Shown here: positions 61,115 to 64,000 of the stretch, in pieces
How positions within the stretch are numbered: the stretch's first letter is position 1
Layout of the letters: each line of letters opens with the position of its first letter
NCBI GenBank assembly: GCA_016714815.1
Contig: JADKBZ010000016.1
Coordinates: 37,659-101,658 of the forward strand
Reading direction: 5' to 3'
Length of the DNA: 64,000 bases
Source: Holophagales bacterium
GTDB lineage: Bacteria > Acidobacteriota > Thermoanaerobaculia > UBA5066
Notes under the pieces: model-generated
The model's database searches: none
What the model saw: the letters and a program-made list of their open reading frames with translations, nothing else
Told to the model about the DNA's origin: nothing
Made by a program: the position numbers and the translations under genes

Positions 61115-61329
61115 GGTTCCGTCCCGCCCTCTGCCCCGCCCCGGGGCCGCGCCCGCCGCCGGCCCCGGACCGCCTCCCGGAGGAGGTACTCGACCTGGCC
61201 GTTCACGCTCCGGAACTCGTCCGCCGCCCACTTCTCGAGCTCGGCGAAGAGAGCGGGGTCGATCCGGAGCAGGAACGCTTTTCGAGGCTCCGCTGGGCGG
61301 CCCGGTCCGGCGGCAGGTGGATTCGCCAT
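61111..61329 (-). CDS. Arc-family ribbon-helix-helix DNA-binding protein
   Basis: [34 protein letters not shown]. Confidence 0.85.
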   Translation of the reverse strand: MANPPAAGPGRPAEPRKAFLLRIDPALFAELEKWAADEFRSVNGQVEYLLREAVRGRRRARPRGGAEGGTEP

Positions 61330-61337
61330 CGGCGGTC

Positions 61338-62357
61338 TCAGCCGTAGAGCGTGCCGGTGTTCACCACGGGGTGGACCTCGGCTTCGCCGCAGAGGACGAC
61401 CATCAGGTTGCTCACCATGGCGGCCTTCCGGTCGTCGTCGAGGATGAGGACGTTCTTCTCCGACAGCTCCTTGAGCGCCATCTCGACCATGCTGACGGCG
61501 CCGTGGACGATCTTCTGCCGGGCGGCGATGACGGCCTCGGCCTGCTGGCGGCGGAGCATCGCCTGGGCGATCTCGGGGGCGTAGGCGAGGTGCGTGAGGC
61601 GCGCCTCCTCGACGACGACGCCGGCCTTCCCGAGCCGCTCGTGGAGCTCCTGGCGGAGAGCGAAGGAGACGTCGTCCACGTTGCTCCTCAGAGTGATCTC
61701 GGCTTCCTCGCCGTGGTCGTACCCGTAGCGGCTGGCGATGTGGCGCAGGGCCGACTCGCTCTGGGTTTCGACGTACTTCTCGTAGTCGTCCACGTCGAAC
61801 ATCGCCTGGGCGGTGTCCTGGACTCGCCAGATGACGACCGCCGCGATCTCGATCGGGTTGCCGCCCTTGTCGTTCACCTTCAGCTTCTGGCCGTTCAGCG
61901 TCCGGGCGCGCAGCGAGATCTTGTTGCGCTTCGGGTGGCGGGCGGCGGCCGCCGCGGCCTGGGCGGCGATTGCCGTGGGCGTGCCGCCGTGCGCCTCGGC
62001 AGACGTGGCGGCCGCGGAGGAGGCCCCGGAGCCGTTCGTGTAGAAGGGGTTGCCCCAGTGGAAGCCGCTCTCGCGGACCGTCCCCTTGTAGGCGCCGAAG
62101 AGGACGAGGACGCGCGCCTCGTTGGGCTGGAGGGTGAAGAACCCGACGAGCAGGGTGATCCAGACGGGGATCGCGAGGAGGGAGACGACGAAGGGAAGGA
62201 CGTAAGGGTGCCCCGTCGCCGGAATCCCGGCCGCGAGGGACCAGACGAAGAGCCCGATGTCCACGACGATGAACGCGAGGACGAGGACGAGCATCGTCCA
62301 CCCGTTGTGGACCGTCACCGTCGTTTCCCGGTTGACGCTCAGGGTGGTGGGTTTCAT
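61338..62357 (-). CDS. SPFH (band 7) domain membrane protein
   Basis: 2 [44 protein letters not shown]. Confidence 0.93.
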   Translation of the reverse strand: MKPTTLSVNRETTVTVHNGWTMLVLVLAFIVVDIGLFVWSLAAGIPATGHPYVLPFVVSLLAIPVWITLLVGFFTLQPNEARVLVLFGAYKGTVRESGFHWGNPFYTNGSGASSAAATSAEAHGGTPTAIAAQAAAAAARHPKRNKISLRARTLNGQKLKVNDKGGNPIEIAAVVIWRVQDTAQAMFDVDDYEKYVETQSESALRHIASRYGYDHGEEAEITLRSNVDDVSFALRQELHERLGKAGVVVEEARLTHLAYAPEIAQAMLRRQQAEAVIAARQKIVHGAVSMVEMALKELSEKNVLILDDDRKAAMVSNLMVVLCGEAEVHPVVNTGTLYG

Positions 62358-62387
62358 GACGGAACCTCCCTTTCGGCTGCTTTCGCA

Positions 62388-62397
62388 GTGATATCAC
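62388..62397. promoter_or_regulatory. perfect palindrome GTGATATCAC, candidate RHH operator
   Basis: Lies 30 bp upstream of the SPFH start, just downstream of a minus-strand TTGACC at 62412-62417. Confidence 0.6.
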
Positions 62398-62596
62398 CGT
62401 GAAATACGGACGGTCAAGAGGAAGGTTTCCGGAATGGAGGGGAGGGGACGGCGACCCTCGTCTCCGGGTTGCCGTTCCCTGACGTCCTTCGGGATGACGA
62501 AGGCGTCGCACGCCCGTGCCGATTTCCGGGGACGACCGGGAACCAGACGGCCCGGACACCAATCCAAGGAGGAATGCAGACCCGAGGAGGTGTCCC

Positions 62597-63583
62597 ATGA
62601 CCCACGCGATCCGAGCCCTGGCCGTCGCCACCTGTCTCGCCTGCGCCGCGATCTCCACTCGCGGTCTCGCGTGCGGCCCGCCCCCGACGCTGAGGCAGCT
62701 CGTTGCGTCGGCCGAGCCGATCCTCCTCGTCCAGGCCGTCGAGCGCAGGCAGGTGCCCGCCGAGGAGTGCACCTGCGGCTGCGAATCGCGGGAACGCATC
62801 ACCTTCGAGGTGCTGGAGTCCTGGACCGGTGGCGGTCCCCGGACCCTCGTGATGGACCTCTATTTCGATCCCGGCGAGCCCCAGCCCGCGATGCTGCTCG
62901 TCGGTACGTTCAACGGGGAGCGGGCCGCTTCTCCCGGCTACTTCCCGATTCACTCGTTCAGGGACCGGGACGACCCGGCCGTCGACGTGGTGCGCGAGGC
63001 CGTGAATCGCGCCGTGGTGCTGGCGCGGCAGGGAGAGTCTCCCGATCCGGGCCTGCTGCGCGTCCACATCGTCGAGTCGCTGCTCCAGGCCGCCACCCGG
63101 GTCGACGGGCTGAACGAGGCGTCACGCCTGGCCTGGGGCCGGGAGCCGACCCCGCTGGTGCTCGACGATCAGGAGGCTGACGACGTCGCGGCGGCGGCGG
63201 TTCGGGACGACCTGAAGAGCTGGGAGCTGGCCCAGGTACTGGCGCTCTTCGACGAGGTGACGAGCCCGGAGCTTCGGGCCCTGGTGCTGAAGCGCGTCGA
63301 CGAAGCGGTCGGCTCGGAGGAGCCGGAGTATCTCGTCGACCTGTTCCTGCGGGCGCTCCGCTCGGAGTGTCCGCCCTCGGTGGAGGTCGAGGGCGAGGAG
63401 GGGGGCGAGGGCGAAGCGCTGCCGGACGCGCCGCTCGCGGACGAGCTGGAATACGAGGAGCCGACCGCCGAGGAGATGCGGCGCTGGCAGGAGGAAGCGG
63501 ATCGTCTGGCCGCGGTCGAGAAACAGAGGTGGAGCGAGTTCCGCGTGGCCTGGCCGGCCCTCCGGAAGACGCTGGTCCGGTGA
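62597..63583 (+). CDS. secreted hypothetical protein
   Basis: GAGGAGG Shine-Dalgarno, signal peptide, Cys-containing N-domain, acidic helical C-terminus. Confidence 0.7.
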   Translation: MTHAIRALAVATCLACAAISTRGLACGPPPTLRQLVASAEPILLVQAVERRQVPAEECTCGCESRERITFEVLESWTGGGPRTLVMDLYFDPGEPQPAMLLVGTFNGERAASPGYFPIHSFRDRDDPAVDVVREAVNRAVVLARQGESPDPGLLRVHIVESLLQAATRVDGLNEASRLAWGREPTPLVLDDQEADDVAAAAVRDDLKSWELAQVLALFDEVTSPELRALVLKRVDEAVGSEEPEYLVDLFLRALRSECPPSVEVEGEEGGEGEALPDAPLADELEYEEPTAEEMRRWQEEADRLAAVEKQRWSEFRVAWPALRKTLVR

Positions 63584-63622
63584 CGGCGGTCCGTCCATTC
63601 GCACCCGGGCGACGAGGAGACT

Positions 63623-63645
63623 GGAGGAGGTCGAGGTCCTCCTCC
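63623..63645. terminator. hairpin between convergent genes
   Basis: ggaggagg-tcgaggt-cctcctcc. Confidence 0.45.
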
Positions 63646-63692
63646 GGTGCCTCGACGCCCAACCCGCGTTCTCGGCGAGGTCACCTGCCGGT

Positions 63693-64000
63693 CTACCGGG
63701 TCTCGACCCCCTCGGCGGCCGTCACCTTCAGGGCCTGCGTGCTCTTCTCCTCGCCGTAGGTCACCGTCACCCGGTAGTCGCCCGGGCTCACGTGACGATC
63801 GGCCGGGAGGCCGCCGTACTCCGTCCGGACGTCCTTGGTCGGCTTGAGGTCCCACGAGACGCGGCCGAGGCCCGGAACGCCGGGCGCCGTCAGGTTCGCG
63901 ACCGGCTGCCCGCCGGCATTGATGATCGACACCTTCACGCTCTCGCCCGTCGCTTCCTTCACCCAGAAGGTCAGAAGCGCGCCCTCCTTCGGGTTCCCGC
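63693..64000 (-). CDS. C-terminus of a large protein, probably a VPS10/BNR-repeat glycosyl hydrolase (runs off window)
   Basis: GNPKEGALLTFWVK...VSWDL...VSPGDYRVTV matches the Ig-like C-terminal domain seen in such proteins. Confidence 0.6.
   Translation of the reverse strand, partial: GNPKEGALLTFWVKEATGESVKVSIINAGGQPVANLTAPGVPGLGRVSWDLKPTKDVRTEYGGLPADRHVSPGDYRVTVTYGEEKSTQALKVTAAEGVETR

Overview
Very GC-rich, densely coding bacterial DNA. The gene repertoire (M16 pairs, DUF4388, kinase-PD40 fusions, CarboxypepD_reg TonB receptor, sdhCAB, bacilliredoxin) suggests Acidobacteriota, possibly Thermoanaerobaculia; this is an inference. The left half is mostly housekeeping and signalling: corA, a stand-alone murG::HEAT-mraY-murJ operon, two Ser/Thr kinases, a CpxP/CpxR/CpxA-like module, acyl-CoA dehydrogenase, mdh-sdhCAB and M16 peptidases. 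It also holds two copies of a ~61-bp perfect palindrome and a TonB-receptor gene fused in frame to an ABC-transporter tail. The right half has a ~23-kb co-directional, tightly coupled locus (36438-59782): TetR, TonB-dependent receptor, two alpha/beta hydrolases, DUF885, S9, M19, two M3, amidohydrolase and M28 peptidases, two MFS transporters and a Glu/Leu/Phe/Val dehydrogenase. Most strikingly it carries both a B12/Fe-S catabolic-type reductive dehalogenase and an iodotyrosine-deiodinase homologue. My best candidate for an undescribed system is that this locus imports and degrades halogenated (halotyrosine-containing) peptides. No tRNA, rRNA, CRISPR array or transposase was recognised. All assignments come from motif reading; no database searches were run.
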